A stretch of 64,000 nucleotides of DNA from an uncultured Saprospiraceae bacterium (GCA_964628385.1 CAZVOD010000012.1:3731-67730); one strand, 5' to 3'; positions 9,988-19,071 are shown, numbered from the stretch's first letter. Program-made: numbers and translations. Notes: generated from the letters alone by a model not told the origin.

Positions 9988-11304
9988 TTATCTTCGTGCT
10001 TTAGCGGGCTCTTTTTCGATAATCAGTCGATTACCCACCTTTTCAAAAGTCACTACCTCAGTAAATTCTCCATTCGCAGTGGATAAGAAGTACTGACGAT
10101 TAATGCCCGGGCCGATCAAGGTTACCACCACCTCGTTGGGCCTGAACGTTACTGTATAATCATGAACTTTAACCTGATAAGTCCCATCAGGCGCATCCTT
10201 ATTCCAGTAGATATTTTCGGGCCCAATACCATCTGTATCGTCCCTGTCCAGACGTCCTCCACCGGCACCATAAGGATTGATGTAATTGATGGTATTCCCA
10301 TCCGGGCCTACAATGTAAAGATCCTGATCTGTATCATTTGTCCAGGAAAGGCTAACCTGTAAATTTCCGGTACCAACCCTTACTACTTCTACATAGCTGG
10401 TATCCGGTTGGCTGAGGACTCCTTCTTCATTCGTCAAAACCGCTACCAATTCTACCTCACCTTCTCCTAAAATGGTAGAAAACCCAACAGGTACTCCCAG
10501 GACGCCGGATGTATCTGTAATTTCCAGAGGAATATCGTAGAAAAAGCTGGATCCCACTGCTTTAAATAATATGCTTTTGGGCCTGCTTTTCCCGCTGTTA
10601 TAGTCATAGTTGACCATCACAGTAGAACCATTGGAACTGGTCAGGTACTTTTGTACTGATTTGAAACTCAGGCTAGATTGATATTTGATTTTAGGCAGCG
10701 GCCCTTCCACTACACTGGCCCCGGGCGGAATACTCAGCGAATCCATCAATTCATCTCTCCTGGTCATCGAATAAATGGCGGTATCACCGATCTCAGGATC
10801 TACTTCCGGCCTGAAAGGCATTGGCGCCACTCTAATACCATCACTCATCAGTGCTTCCGATGTAAATACCTTCAGAAACACCCTTCTATTTAGAGCTCTT
10901 CCCTGAGGAAACTCGTTATTGGCCATAGGCTTTTTTTCTCCTAAGGCATAAATAACTATTCGGTTTTCCGCAATCCCTCCTTTGAGTAATACATCCCGAA
11001 CGGCAAGCGCCCGGCGTTTTGACAACTCCATGTTGTAAATACTATCCCCTACATTATCAGTGTGGCCAAATAACTGTATTGAGTCGCATTGAAACAATGC
11101 AGTTTGTACGATTCCCTGCAGAGATTCAGAAAACGAATCTGTAACTTTTGAAGATGCATTCCTGAAAAAGACCGTAGTGGTATCTACGTTAATAATCAAA
11201 CTATCTGATTCAGCGGTTAGAACATTGGCACTAACCGGGGTATTTTGCCCCATCAAAAAACTGGATAAGCCCCAAAAAAGGCAGTATAAAATAGCATATC
11301 TCAT
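9988..11304 (-). CDS. secreted OmpA-family (peptidoglycan-binding) protein with a C-terminal YfaP/DUF2135-like domain
   Basis: Signal peptide, then an OmpA_C-like motif near the N-terminus (GHTDNVGDSIYNMELSKRRALAVRDVL...NRRVFLKV). The C-terminal segment VSLSWTNDTDQDLYIVGPDGNTINY...GGRLDRDDTDGIGPENIYW...DGTYQVKV resembles DUF2135. Confidence 0.75.
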   Translation of the reverse strand: MRYAILYCLFWGLSSFLMGQNTPVSANVLTAESDSLIINVDTTTVFFRNASSKVTDSFSESLQGIVQTALFQCDSIQLFGHTDNVGDSIYNMELSKRRALAVRDVLLKGGIAENRIVIYALGEKKPMANNEFPQGRALNRRVFLKVFTSEALMSDGIRVAPMPFRPEVDPEIGDTAIYSMTRRDELMDSLSIPPGASVVEGPLPKIKYQSSLSFKSVQKYLTSSNGSTVMVNYDYNSGKSRPKSILFKAVGSSFFYDIPLEITDTSGVLGVPVGFSTILGEGEVELVAVLTNEEGVLSQPDTSYVEVVRVGTGNLQVSLSWTNDTDQDLYIVGPDGNTINYINPYGAGGGRLDRDDTDGIGPENIYWNKDAPDGTYQVKVHDYTVTFRPNEVVVTLIGPGINRQYFLSTANGEFTEVVTFEKVGNRLIIEKEPAKARR

Positions 11305-11507
11305 ATAGCAAAAAAGTTGATTTCATTTTTTTTGATATGCCTCAAGGATGTATATTTTATTTAATCATAAAAATCGTGAAATAATTCCATAAATCAAGAT
11401 ATTACTCAGCAATGCGGCTCTAAAAAAAGTCATTTTTGTAAATTCGTCGATTTCCCAAAAATTTACTCCAGCTTTTTAGTAACTTTAAGGATCAAATAGT
11501 GAAGCTT

Positions 11508-12326
11508 ATGAGTGATAAAAATGCAGTCAGAACATTTGACGGCCTCAGGCGCTTCGCGCTTCTGGGTTTTTTAATGTCTTTAGGGTACTTATTCTTTGAG
11601 CCTTATATACCTAGATTCGAGCAGGCTATCAAAGAGATTGAAGCGAAAATCAACGAAGAATTCAATTTTGAGCAAGAAAACGAAATAGTAGAGGAGTATA
11701 ACTATGAAGAAGATCGCTCAGAATCAATAGATTATGATAATTCAGTAATAAATCTGGAGTTGTTAAAATCAAAATTCTTTGTTTACAAAGGAGTAATTAA
11801 CCCTATTAAGATTACTGTTGAGGGCTACAATTTGGATCAGTTATTCAGTAAGCTAAGTACGGATTGTGGCACGCTCAAACATGCGGGTGGTGATAATTAC
11901 CACCTAATTCCTAATAGAGGGTCTGGCGTTTGTTATATTGATGTAGCGTTGGGTGGAAATAATTCTGAATCCATTGAAATGCAGTTGAATGAAGTGCCTC
12001 AGCCCATAGCTAGATTTTCTGCTCTATCATCTGGTACTGTCGAAGCCAATACCTTCAAAAATCAAAGAGGTTTGTTTACGGATATTCCTAATTTTGAACT
12101 GGACGTTCACTGCCGGATAACTTCCTTTGGAATTAACTACAAGCCAGCCAACAACTCTCAGGTGATATCATTGCCCAATCAGAGCCCCTTGCTGGAAGCC
12201 CCTACCGCGGCATTAGTAAAATTGGCCAAATCAGGAGATCAATATCTTTTTGATAACATCAGGTGTAAATGCCCCGGAGAGCGTCAGGAAAGAAAATTGG
12301 ACAACCTCGAGTTTGCCATTAAATAA
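11508..12326 (+). CDS. membrane-anchored protein with a GldM C-terminal-like domain (tentative)
   Basis: The ORF track starts at GTG 11499, but ATG 11508 is more likely. One TM helix (FALLGFLMSLGYLFF). The C-terminal half (NFELDVHCRITSFGINY...LVKLAKSGDQYLFDNIRCKCPGERQERKLDNLEFAIK) follows the GldM_C pattern of Ika.gpDG..R.L..l.f.i. Confidence 0.6.
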   Translation: MSDKNAVRTFDGLRRFALLGFLMSLGYLFFEPYIPRFEQAIKEIEAKINEEFNFEQENEIVEEYNYEEDRSESIDYDNSVINLELLKSKFFVYKGVINPIKITVEGYNLDQLFSKLSTDCGTLKHAGGDNYHLIPNRGSGVCYIDVALGGNNSESIEMQLNEVPQPIARFSALSSGTVEANTFKNQRGLFTDIPNFELDVHCRITSFGINYKPANNSQVISLPNQSPLLEAPTAALVKLAKSGDQYLFDNIRCKCPGERQERKLDNLEFAIK

Positions 12327-12328
12327 AG

Positions 12329-12394
12329 GACTTGTTTCGCAGGTATTAAAATTGGTTCTTTTTTTACCACTATCCTACCCCTGCAAAACAAGTC
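12329..12394. repeat. MITE/REP-like palindromic element, full copy A (66 bp)
   Basis: gacttgtttcgcagg...cctgcaaaacaagtc. Its reverse complement aligns along its whole length with copy D (53545-53619) apart from a 9-bp deletion. Confidence 0.85.
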
Positions 12395-12926
12395 AAATTT
12401 TTTCATCAAACTCCTTAACGGTATTTTTCAAGACTTTCAGTGCTTTACTAATCTGGTTTTCAATGACCTTAGGCGCGACATTTAGTTTTTCAGCGATAGT
12501 TTTACGCTGAGACCTTCCAGACGGCGCAACACAAAAATTAGCCGGCAACACTCCGGTAAATCGTCTAGGGCCTTTTTCATAGTCACTTGCAGGGTTTTAT
12601 CAGCTATATCCTTATTGATTTCCCAAAAAGAACTTTTAGCTTCTGTCATTTTCCCTCTTCAGCAGATTTAAAGCACGAGTGATAATTGCTTCTTTTAAAT
12701 ATTCTGGCATAGAATCAGGCTTTTCAAACTTCGTTCTAGTTTTCCAAAGCTCAAAAAACACCTCCCGGGTGATATCACCGGCAGTGGAAATATCATTAAA
12801 CATATTAACAGCAGTTGTTAAAAGTGTGGTGTAATATTTATCAAAAACCTGCCTGAAAGCCTCCTTATCTCCTTCTAACATCCGCTCGATACGCAACTGA
12901 TCCGAAAGTTCCTGATTTGATAACAT
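12393..12926 (-). pseudogene. ECF-type sigma-70 family sigma factor, disrupted by two frameshifts
   Basis: Region 2 lies in ORF 12636..12926 (EAFRQVFDKYYTTLLTTAVNMF...DITREVFFELW). Region 4 is split over two further frames: MTEAKSS...ALDDLPECCRLIFVLRRLEGLS, then RKTIAEKLNVAPKVIENQISKALKVLKNTVKEFDEKI*. The frame changes fall near 12640 and 12500. Confidence 0.7.
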
Positions 12927-13091
12927 AACTATTTTATATGCTCAAAAGTGAAAATAAATAAATTTCGTTGATGTAGAATTTTCGATTGATCAGATTTTTT
13001 TCATTAGTTTTATCATCGATCCAATTTTTAAAATAACTTTTAACTCTATTTCCATACAAATCCTGATCAAGAATAAAAAATACCATATAAA

Positions 13092-13904
13092 ATGTCGTAT
13101 AAATTCTTCAAGGTAGACCAGGCAGCCTTCATTGCTACCGTTTCGTTCAACAGGCCTGAAAAGGCTAATGCGCTACACCGGGCAGCATGGCTGGAAATGA
13201 AGCATATTTTTGAGGCATTAGATGAAGATACTGCGGTGCGGGTGATTATTCTTAAAGGAGTCGGCAAACACTGGTGTGCAGGTATAGACCTGGAGCTTTT
13301 GATGAGTATTGCCCAGATCTCAACGAAGGATGAAGCCAGAAAAAGAGAGCAGATAAGAAAAGAGATTCTATTTTTGCAGGAATGTATCAATGCTATAGAG
13401 CATTGTAGTAAACCGGTTTTAGCAGCCATCCATAATGGCTGTATAGGTGGCGGAGTGGATATTGCTACCGCTTGTGATATTCGATATTGTACGCAGGATG
13501 CCTATTTCAGTATTCGGGAAACAGACCTCGGTCTGGTTGCTGATGTTGGGACCTTACAACGACTACCAAAGCTCATTCCCGCCGGAAAAGCTTATGAGAT
13601 GGCATACACCGCCCGAAAAGTGGCAGGAGCTGAAGCAGAACGGATTGGCCTGGTGAATACAGCTTTTATTGATCAGGAGCATATGGATCAGGCTGTACAG
13701 CAGATAGCTGAACAAATCGCTGCCAAGTCTCCCATCGTACTGAGAGGAATCAAGGAAAACATACGCTACTCCCGCGAGCACAATACGCAGGATGCCTTAC
13801 ATCATGTGGCTACTTATAATGCAGCATTCATGTTGAGTAATGATTTAATGGAGGCTTTTCAGGCTTACTTACAAAAAAGAGCTCCTGAATTTAAGGAAGA
13901 GTAA
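13092..13904 (+). CDS. enoyl-CoA hydratase/isomerase (crotonase) family protein, dienoyl-CoA isomerase-like
   Basis: Crotonase fold motifs: VIILKGVGKHWCAGIDL, AAIHNGCIGGGVDIATACDIRY, ETDLGLVADVGTLQRLPK. Confidence 0.9.
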   Translation: MSYKFFKVDQAAFIATVSFNRPEKANALHRAAWLEMKHIFEALDEDTAVRVIILKGVGKHWCAGIDLELLMSIAQISTKDEARKREQIRKEILFLQECINAIEHCSKPVLAAIHNGCIGGGVDIATACDIRYCTQDAYFSIRETDLGLVADVGTLQRLPKLIPAGKAYEMAYTARKVAGAEAERIGLVNTAFIDQEHMDQAVQQIAEQIAAKSPIVLRGIKENIRYSREHNTQDALHHVATYNAAFMLSNDLMEAFQAYLQKRAPEFKEE

Positions 13905-13912
13905 AGCCTACA

Positions 13913-14467
13913 TTATCGGCTCTTCATCTTAATTTTTAAGGTAAATGCTCCGGCTTGCAGCCCATCCGAGCCTGCCACTGCGATCATTACCTGATAACCT
14001 CTGGTGGTTGCCAGAATATCACTTATTGATCGGGTATGGTCTTGTTTTTTTCCTCTAACTTTTCGAATCCTCATGTAGTCAGCCTCACAGCGTACACATC
14101 TTTCGAGTTGAGGAACCAGCTCCTCCTTAGAAATCTGACCTACCTGATAAGCGTAGATGCTCATTTCGTTGGACTTGTCATCAGGAATTAGCTCAATTTC
14201 CAATTCTGAGTACTCGGGAAGATCCAGGAAGTAAAATACATGGTTGCCAGTGAAATGCTCAGCTTCTTTTTCTACGAAACAAGCCACAGAACTATTCCAA
14301 GCCCAACTCAAGTCTTCTATTACTTCACCTTGGTTTAAATTTCCAATAACCTTTTTCTCCGTATTTTTATCTATTTCCAAAAAATTAATCTTTTCCATTG
14401 AAGATTGTGCAAGGCCATTGAGAGCTACCGAAAAAGTAAAGAGACAAAGGAATTTCAAGTGTTTCAT
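13913..14467 (-). CDS. hypothetical secreted protein
   Basis: 184-aa ORF with a signal peptide. No confident family. Confidence 0.6.
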   Translation of the reverse strand: MKHLKFLCLFTFSVALNGLAQSSMEKINFLEIDKNTEKKVIGNLNQGEVIEDLSWAWNSSVACFVEKEAEHFTGNHVFYFLDLPEYSELEIELIPDDKSNEMSIYAYQVGQISKEELVPQLERCVRCEADYMRIRKVRGKKQDHTRSISDILATTRGYQVMIAVAGSDGLQAGAFTLKIKMKSR

Positions 14468-14524
14468 TTGATAGTTTTATGGTATAAAATGATAATTTTA
14501 GATGGAATTTAAGATAACTAATAA

Positions 14525-14929
14525 ATGAAAAAATCAATTTACTTTTTCTTATTCTTTTCGTTTCTAATAAGTTGTGAGTCTGATCCGGTAAGCCAGCAGG
14601 AAAAAATAGTGCAAGAGCAGCTCGATGCTTACAACGAGCGGAATATTGATCGGTTTATGACAGTATTCTCAGCGGACCCGGTTGTACTGAATTATCCCGG
14701 TGATCAAGTGCTTGCAAGCGGCCGAACGGCCACCAGGGCACTCTACCAGAAGTTATTCGATAATTCTCCTAATCTACACAGCAGGCTTGTCAACCGAACG
14801 GTTATCGGCCAAAAGGTTTTGGATTACGAAAGTATTACAGGCAGGGATGGCAATCCTGAAGCGATTGAATTGGTTATAATTTATGAGATAAAAAATGGAA
14901 AAATAGACCGCTGTATGGTCATTCGTTAA
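14525..14929 (+). CDS. NTF2/SnoaL-like fold lipoprotein
   Basis: Lipobox (LISC). The size and pattern (LDAYNERNIDRFMTVFSAD...IYEIKNGKIDRCMVI) are typical of SnoaL/steroid delta-isomerase-like proteins. Confidence 0.65.
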   Translation: MKKSIYFFLFFSFLISCESDPVSQQEKIVQEQLDAYNERNIDRFMTVFSADPVVLNYPGDQVLASGRTATRALYQKLFDNSPNLHSRLVNRTVIGQKVLDYESITGRDGNPEAIELVIIYEIKNGKIDRCMVIR

Positions 14930-14941
14930 AACTAACTAGAA

Positions 14942-16345
14942 ATGAAAAAGCAATTAACGCTAATTATAGTTCTTTTGGCTATTGGTACGGCTGTTACGGG
15001 TTTTTTCTGGTTGGATAGTTCCATTAGTCAGGTGGGAGCCCGGGCTAACTACCAGAAATACTGTGCCAGTTGCCACGGTGAGCAATTGCAGTCGTTTGTA
15101 AATCGCAAGTGGTTGTACGGTAATTCATGGAATGAGGTAAGGGCCAGTATCAAAAATGGGATTGCTGAGGAGGGTATGCCAGCCTATGACACTACCTTCA
15201 CCCAAAAGGAGTTCAATGAATTGACTGATTATATTATGGGGGGTATTGAGAGTCTGACTGAAGAGGATTTTGAAAAAGAGCCGGATTTTTCTGGTATCAT
15301 CAATAGTGAAAAACTGGATTTTAAGCTAGAAAAAGTGGTTGATGGATTGCGCTCTCCCTGGGGTATCGCTTTTCTTCCCAATAACGATATGTTGGTAACC
15401 GATAAATTTGGCAGCCTTTATCGCTATAATAAGCAAAATGGGTTGATCAACATTGTAGGCCTTCCGGAGGTTAATTCCGGCGGTCAGGGCGGTTTGATGG
15501 ATGTAGCAGTACATCCGAATTTTAGAGCAACCAATTGGATTTATTTAAGCTTTTCCAAACCCAGAGGTCGGTCCAATACGACTGCCATCCTGCGTGCTGA
15601 GTTGATGGACAATAAACTGGTCAACGCTAAGGAAATTTTTGAAGCTAATCCTTATCTACCTACCCGTCATCACTATGGTTCTAAAATGGTATTTGACCGA
15701 GCTGGTTATCTTTATTTTTCTGTTGGAGACCGGGGTCGTCGAGATCAAAACCCACAGTTTCTGGATAATCACTGCGGGAAGATCCATCGCCTGAATGCCG
15801 ACGGCAGCATCCCTGATGACAATCCATTTGTCGATGATAAGGGCGCTAAATCTTCTATCTATTCCTATGGCCACAGAAACCCGCAGGGCATAGCTGTACA
15901 TCCGCAGACGGGCCAAATTTGGGAAACAGAGCATGGTCCAAGAGGAGGAGATGAGGTCAATCTGATCCAGCCAGGCATAAATTATGGCTGGCCAGTAATC
16001 TCGTACGGGATCAATTATAACGGCACTACTTTTACGGATAAAACCCAAAAGGAAGGGATGGAACAACCTCTAAAATATTGGGTACCGTCTATTGCTCCCT
16101 GTGGTATGTCATTTGTGAGTACTGATCGTTATCCAACCTGGAAGAACAGTCTTTTGGTTGGTTCTTTGAGGTTTGAATACCTGGCACGCCTAGAATTGGA
16201 GGGCACTACAATTGTTAGTGAAGAACCTTTATTGAAAGGCTTGGGTAGGATGCGTGCCATCACCCAGGACAAAGAGGGCTATTTGTATTTTTCTGTAGAA
16301 AATCCAGGCCGGGTATTTAGAGTACTGCCAGTAAATCAGGATTAG
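14942..16345 (+). CDS. PQQ-dependent sugar dehydrogenase (YliI/sGDH-like beta-propeller) fused to an N-terminal cytochrome c domain
   Basis: CxxCH haem motif (CASCHG) in the first 100 aa. This is followed by sGDH-like motifs (GGLMDVAVHPNF, HYGSKMVFD, GDRG, YSYGHRNPQG, HGPRGGDE, NYGWP). Confidence 0.85.
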   Translation: MKKQLTLIIVLLAIGTAVTGFFWLDSSISQVGARANYQKYCASCHGEQLQSFVNRKWLYGNSWNEVRASIKNGIAEEGMPAYDTTFTQKEFNELTDYIMGGIESLTEEDFEKEPDFSGIINSEKLDFKLEKVVDGLRSPWGIAFLPNNDMLVTDKFGSLYRYNKQNGLINIVGLPEVNSGGQGGLMDVAVHPNFRATNWIYLSFSKPRGRSNTTAILRAELMDNKLVNAKEIFEANPYLPTRHHYGSKMVFDRAGYLYFSVGDRGRRDQNPQFLDNHCGKIHRLNADGSIPDDNPFVDDKGAKSSIYSYGHRNPQGIAVHPQTGQIWETEHGPRGGDEVNLIQPGINYGWPVISYGINYNGTTFTDKTQKEGMEQPLKYWVPSIAPCGMSFVSTDRYPTWKNSLLVGSLRFEYLARLELEGTTIVSEEPLLKGLGRMRAITQDKEGYLYFSVENPGRVFRVLPVNQD

Positions 16346-16390
16346 ACTTGTCTCGCAGGTATTAAAATAGGCTCAAATTGGTTCCTTTTT
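16345..16390. repeat. MITE/REP-like element, truncated copy B (one end only)
   Basis: gacttgtctcgcaggtattaaaataggctcaaattggttc matches the reverse complement of copy D over about 44 nt with 3 mismatches. The first G is also the last base of the TAG stop of 14942..16345. Confidence 0.75.
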
Positions 16391-16481
16391 GGGACAGCTT
16401 TCACTCAAGCGTAAGCTTTAATTCCTGAGCTGCTCTATGAATGATAACGAAACAGCAGCATTCCGAAGAATGGATAAAAAA

Positions 16482-16507
16482 GAAAGGCCTAACAGATTAG
16501 GCCTTTC
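16482..16507 (-). terminator. intrinsic terminator (minus strand)
   Basis: 11-bp stem gaaaggcctaa / ttaggcctttc with a 4-nt loop, followed on the minus strand by TTTTTT. Confidence 0.7.
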
Positions 16508-16519
16508 CTCTAAAGATTG

Positions 16520-16812
16520 CCTTTTCGTTTTGTTAAAATGCGCTGTAAAGATAAGGGTAATTTGGAAAAGATTTTGACTCAAAATCAAGCAAAATGAGAC
16601 ACGATATAACTGGAGTGTGCTGTAAATGAGCTAGTTATAATCAAACTGTGTTGTAGTCCAATATCATTACCTCAAGACATGTCATGTCTAGACATGTCAT
16701 GTGTATTTTTTCCAATGCTATTTCTCATAAAAATTGTATTGAACAAGCGTGATAGGTACCTTTTTTTAGACATGTCATTTTTAGAAATGACATGTCTTGG
16801 GGGAGTACAATT
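16520..16812 (-). repeat. structured ATGACATGTC-iterated repeat, copy R1 (boundaries approximate)
   Basis: It shares collinear blocks with the reverse complement of 42432-42765, including a near-identical 33-nt core at 16670-16703. It contains a perfect 12-bp hairpin at 16768-16797. Confidence 0.8.
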
Positions 16813-16954
16813 GAAGCATACCCCAATAAAGCAACATCCAAAAAATTAGCTTTTTTTTAGGAATAGCAGAATAGACCTCAAAAAATCAACAAAAACAGAA
16901 GCGCGTAAAACAGGAAAATCTCAAGCCACTGACTAAAGGCAGTCGTCGGCAGAT

Positions 16955-18202
16955 TTAAATTCCTCTGCGATTTACTTCTTTTTTAATGAGTTGGTATTCC
17001 CGGCTCATGTCTCCTGTGACAGCGGTATTTTCCTCGGCTCGCCGGATGAGGTAGGGTACGACCTCCTTTACCGGACCGTACGGAATATATTTTGATACAT
17101 GATAGCCTGCCCTGGCCAAGTTGAAGGTTAGATTATCACTCATCCCGTAGAGCTGTGAAAACATCAGATGTGGATGATCTTTAGGAATGTCTTTATCCTC
17201 CATCAGCCTTACCTGAAGCTTATTGCTAAACTCATTATGAGAAGCATTACAAGAAGCAATCTTTTCGTAGTTATCGATGCAGAACCGAACAGCCATATTG
17301 AAGGAATCGTTGGTAGCCTTTCGGTTAGGATTGATGGGCGATGCATAGCCCATTTTGGCAGCACGATCTCTTTCTTTTTCCATGTAAGCGCCACGAACCA
17401 GTTTGGCCCCCAGAAAATACCCTCTTTCCTCTGCATCATTAAAAGAGTGTATCAAAAACTGAAGCCTATCCTTTCTGTACATCTGAAAGGTATTATAAAC
17501 GATCGCTTTCTCCTTATTATACCTTCTCATCATTTTGGTGACCAGATGATCCAGTGTATTTTGTATCCAGCTTTCTTCTGCATCAAAAAACAAACTAACA
17601 CCCTGCTGTGCCGCCACGTGACAAATAGAATCCAAGCGCTTTTTTACATTACTCCACTCTTGCTGCTCTTCTTTATTCAGGTTAAGTTGATTTTGGATTT
17701 TTTCAAACAAACCAAACCTTCCCAATCCGGTAATTTTGGCACTTACTACAGGTACAGCCGTATTTCTACTGGCAAATTCCAGGCTCCGAATAGTTTCGTT
17801 CATGGTATGATTGAAATCATCCTCATTTTCTTTAGCCTCCACACCATAATCAAGAATAGAATAGACATTGTGAGCTTCCAGTAGCTCTATCACTTTTTGC
17901 GACTCCAAAAGTGTGGTACCCGCACAAAATTGCTTAAAAATAGTCCCCTTCAAGGCAGCAATAACAAAAGGCATCCTCAGCTTTATAGCCAAAAGTGCAG
18001 CCGTGGTAGCAAGTTTAACCAACATAGGACGATTCATCATATTAAACAACCACAAGGAGTGTTTCAGCTCTTTATCCGTTTTGTAGGCAAAGGCTGTTTT
18101 GGTATCGCTAAAATCAAGAGAAGAAATTACTTTCCCTTCCATGTATTGTTGTGCCAATTCTTCCAGCTGCTTTATAATTGGATTTACCGGTTCGCCTGTC
18201 AT
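16955..18202 (-). CDS. proline dehydrogenase (stand-alone PRODH)
   Basis: PRODH motifs: LVRGAYMEKER, FSQLYGMSDNLTFNLARAGYHVSKYIPYGPVKEVVPYLIRRAEEN. Confidence 0.85.
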   Translation of the reverse strand: MTGEPVNPIIKQLEELAQQYMEGKVISSLDFSDTKTAFAYKTDKELKHSLWLFNMMNRPMLVKLATTAALLAIKLRMPFVIAALKGTIFKQFCAGTTLLESQKVIELLEAHNVYSILDYGVEAKENEDDFNHTMNETIRSLEFASRNTAVPVVSAKITGLGRFGLFEKIQNQLNLNKEEQQEWSNVKKRLDSICHVAAQQGVSLFFDAEESWIQNTLDHLVTKMMRRYNKEKAIVYNTFQMYRKDRLQFLIHSFNDAEERGYFLGAKLVRGAYMEKERDRAAKMGYASPINPNRKATNDSFNMAVRFCIDNYEKIASCNASHNEFSNKLQVRLMEDKDIPKDHPHLMFSQLYGMSDNLTFNLARAGYHVSKYIPYGPVKEVVPYLIRRAEENTAVTGDMSREYQLIKKEVNRRGI

Positions 18203-18291
18203 CTTATCACGCTAATTTTATTTGGAATAATCAGAGCTAACGATCATTTTATACTATCGGCTAATTTGAGAATAATTGCAAGGCCACAGCC

Positions 18292-19071
18292 TTATTTTTC
18301 TGTCCAAATTTTCCAGGCTGCTTCAGCCTGTAGGTGTAACATTTGTAAACCATTGATGGTTTTGGCTCCCGAGTTCTCTCCCTTCTGCATAAATAAAGTT
18401 TTTTCAGGATTATACACCAAATCATACAAAAGCGTATTAACGGACATTGCCTCGTAGGGTAAATCAGGAAATGTGCTGACATTGGGAGACATGCCAAGGG
18501 GAGTAGTATTGACGATCAGATCGATTTTTTCAATCCCTTCATTTGTAATATCCTGGTAAAGTAAATCCCCTTTTTTTTGGGTGCGGGAAACAACTTTATA
18601 ATCTATCCCTAGTTTTTCCAAAACAAAATAAACCGCTTTGGCGGCACCGCCGCTTCCTAATACCAAGGCCTTATTTAGTTGTAACCCTAAAGCTTCTGCT
18701 TTTTCCAATAACGATTGCTCAAAGCCTATAATATCTGTATTGTATCCCTTGAGCTTTCCATCAGGCATTCGCTTAATGGTGTTCACCGCGCCAATTTTTT
18801 CTGCTGCTTCATCCAACTCGTCCAAAAAAGGAAGCACTTGCTCTTTGTAGGGAATAGTCACATTGAGGCCCTTCAAGTTTGGCAGCCGTTCCCACAGCAA
18901 TGGAAATAATTCAATAGACTCGATCGGAAACGATTCATAAAAGAACCCTGGAAGCGATTCTTTGTTAAGTTTTTGGGAAAAATATCCTTTAGAAAAAGAA
19001 TGAGATAAAGGATAACCAATGAGTCCCAACAGATTATCAAAAGTGATCAGGTATTCATAGTCAATTTTCAT
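18292..19071 (-). CDS. aroE: shikimate dehydrogenase
   Basis: GYPLSHSFSKGYF, NVTIPYKEQV, GAVNTI, LGSGGAAKAV, NTTPLGM, NGLQMLHLQAE. Confidence 0.85.
   Translation of the reverse strand: MKIDYEYLITFDNLLGLIGYPLSHSFSKGYFSQKLNKESLPGFFYESFPIESIELFPLLWERLPNLKGLNVTIPYKEQVLPFLDELDEAAEKIGAVNTIKRMPDGKLKGYNTDIIGFEQSLLEKAEALGLQLNKALVLGSGGAAKAVYFVLEKLGIDYKVVSRTQKKGDLLYQDITNEGIEKIDLIVNTTPLGMSPNVSTFPDLPYEAMSVNTLLYDLVYNPEKTLFMQKGENSGAKTINGLQMLHLQAEAAWKIWTEK

Noticed and set aside
16670-16800. The repeated GACATGTCAT units could be mistaken for a small CRISPR array.
   Set aside because: The units are only 11-15 nt, irregularly spaced and partly inverted. They have no uniform spacers, and no cas genes are present.
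17168-17884. A 238-aa plus-strand ORF lies within the proline dehydrogenase locus. Similar long antisense ORFs occur at 5995..6435, 7274..7720, 9483..9809, 15656..16066, 20095..20577, 26478..26904, 43624..43998 and 55186..55509.
   Set aside because: All lie entirely antisense to ORFs with strong family signatures, have low-complexity or odd composition, and show no recognisable motifs. They are shadow ORFs.
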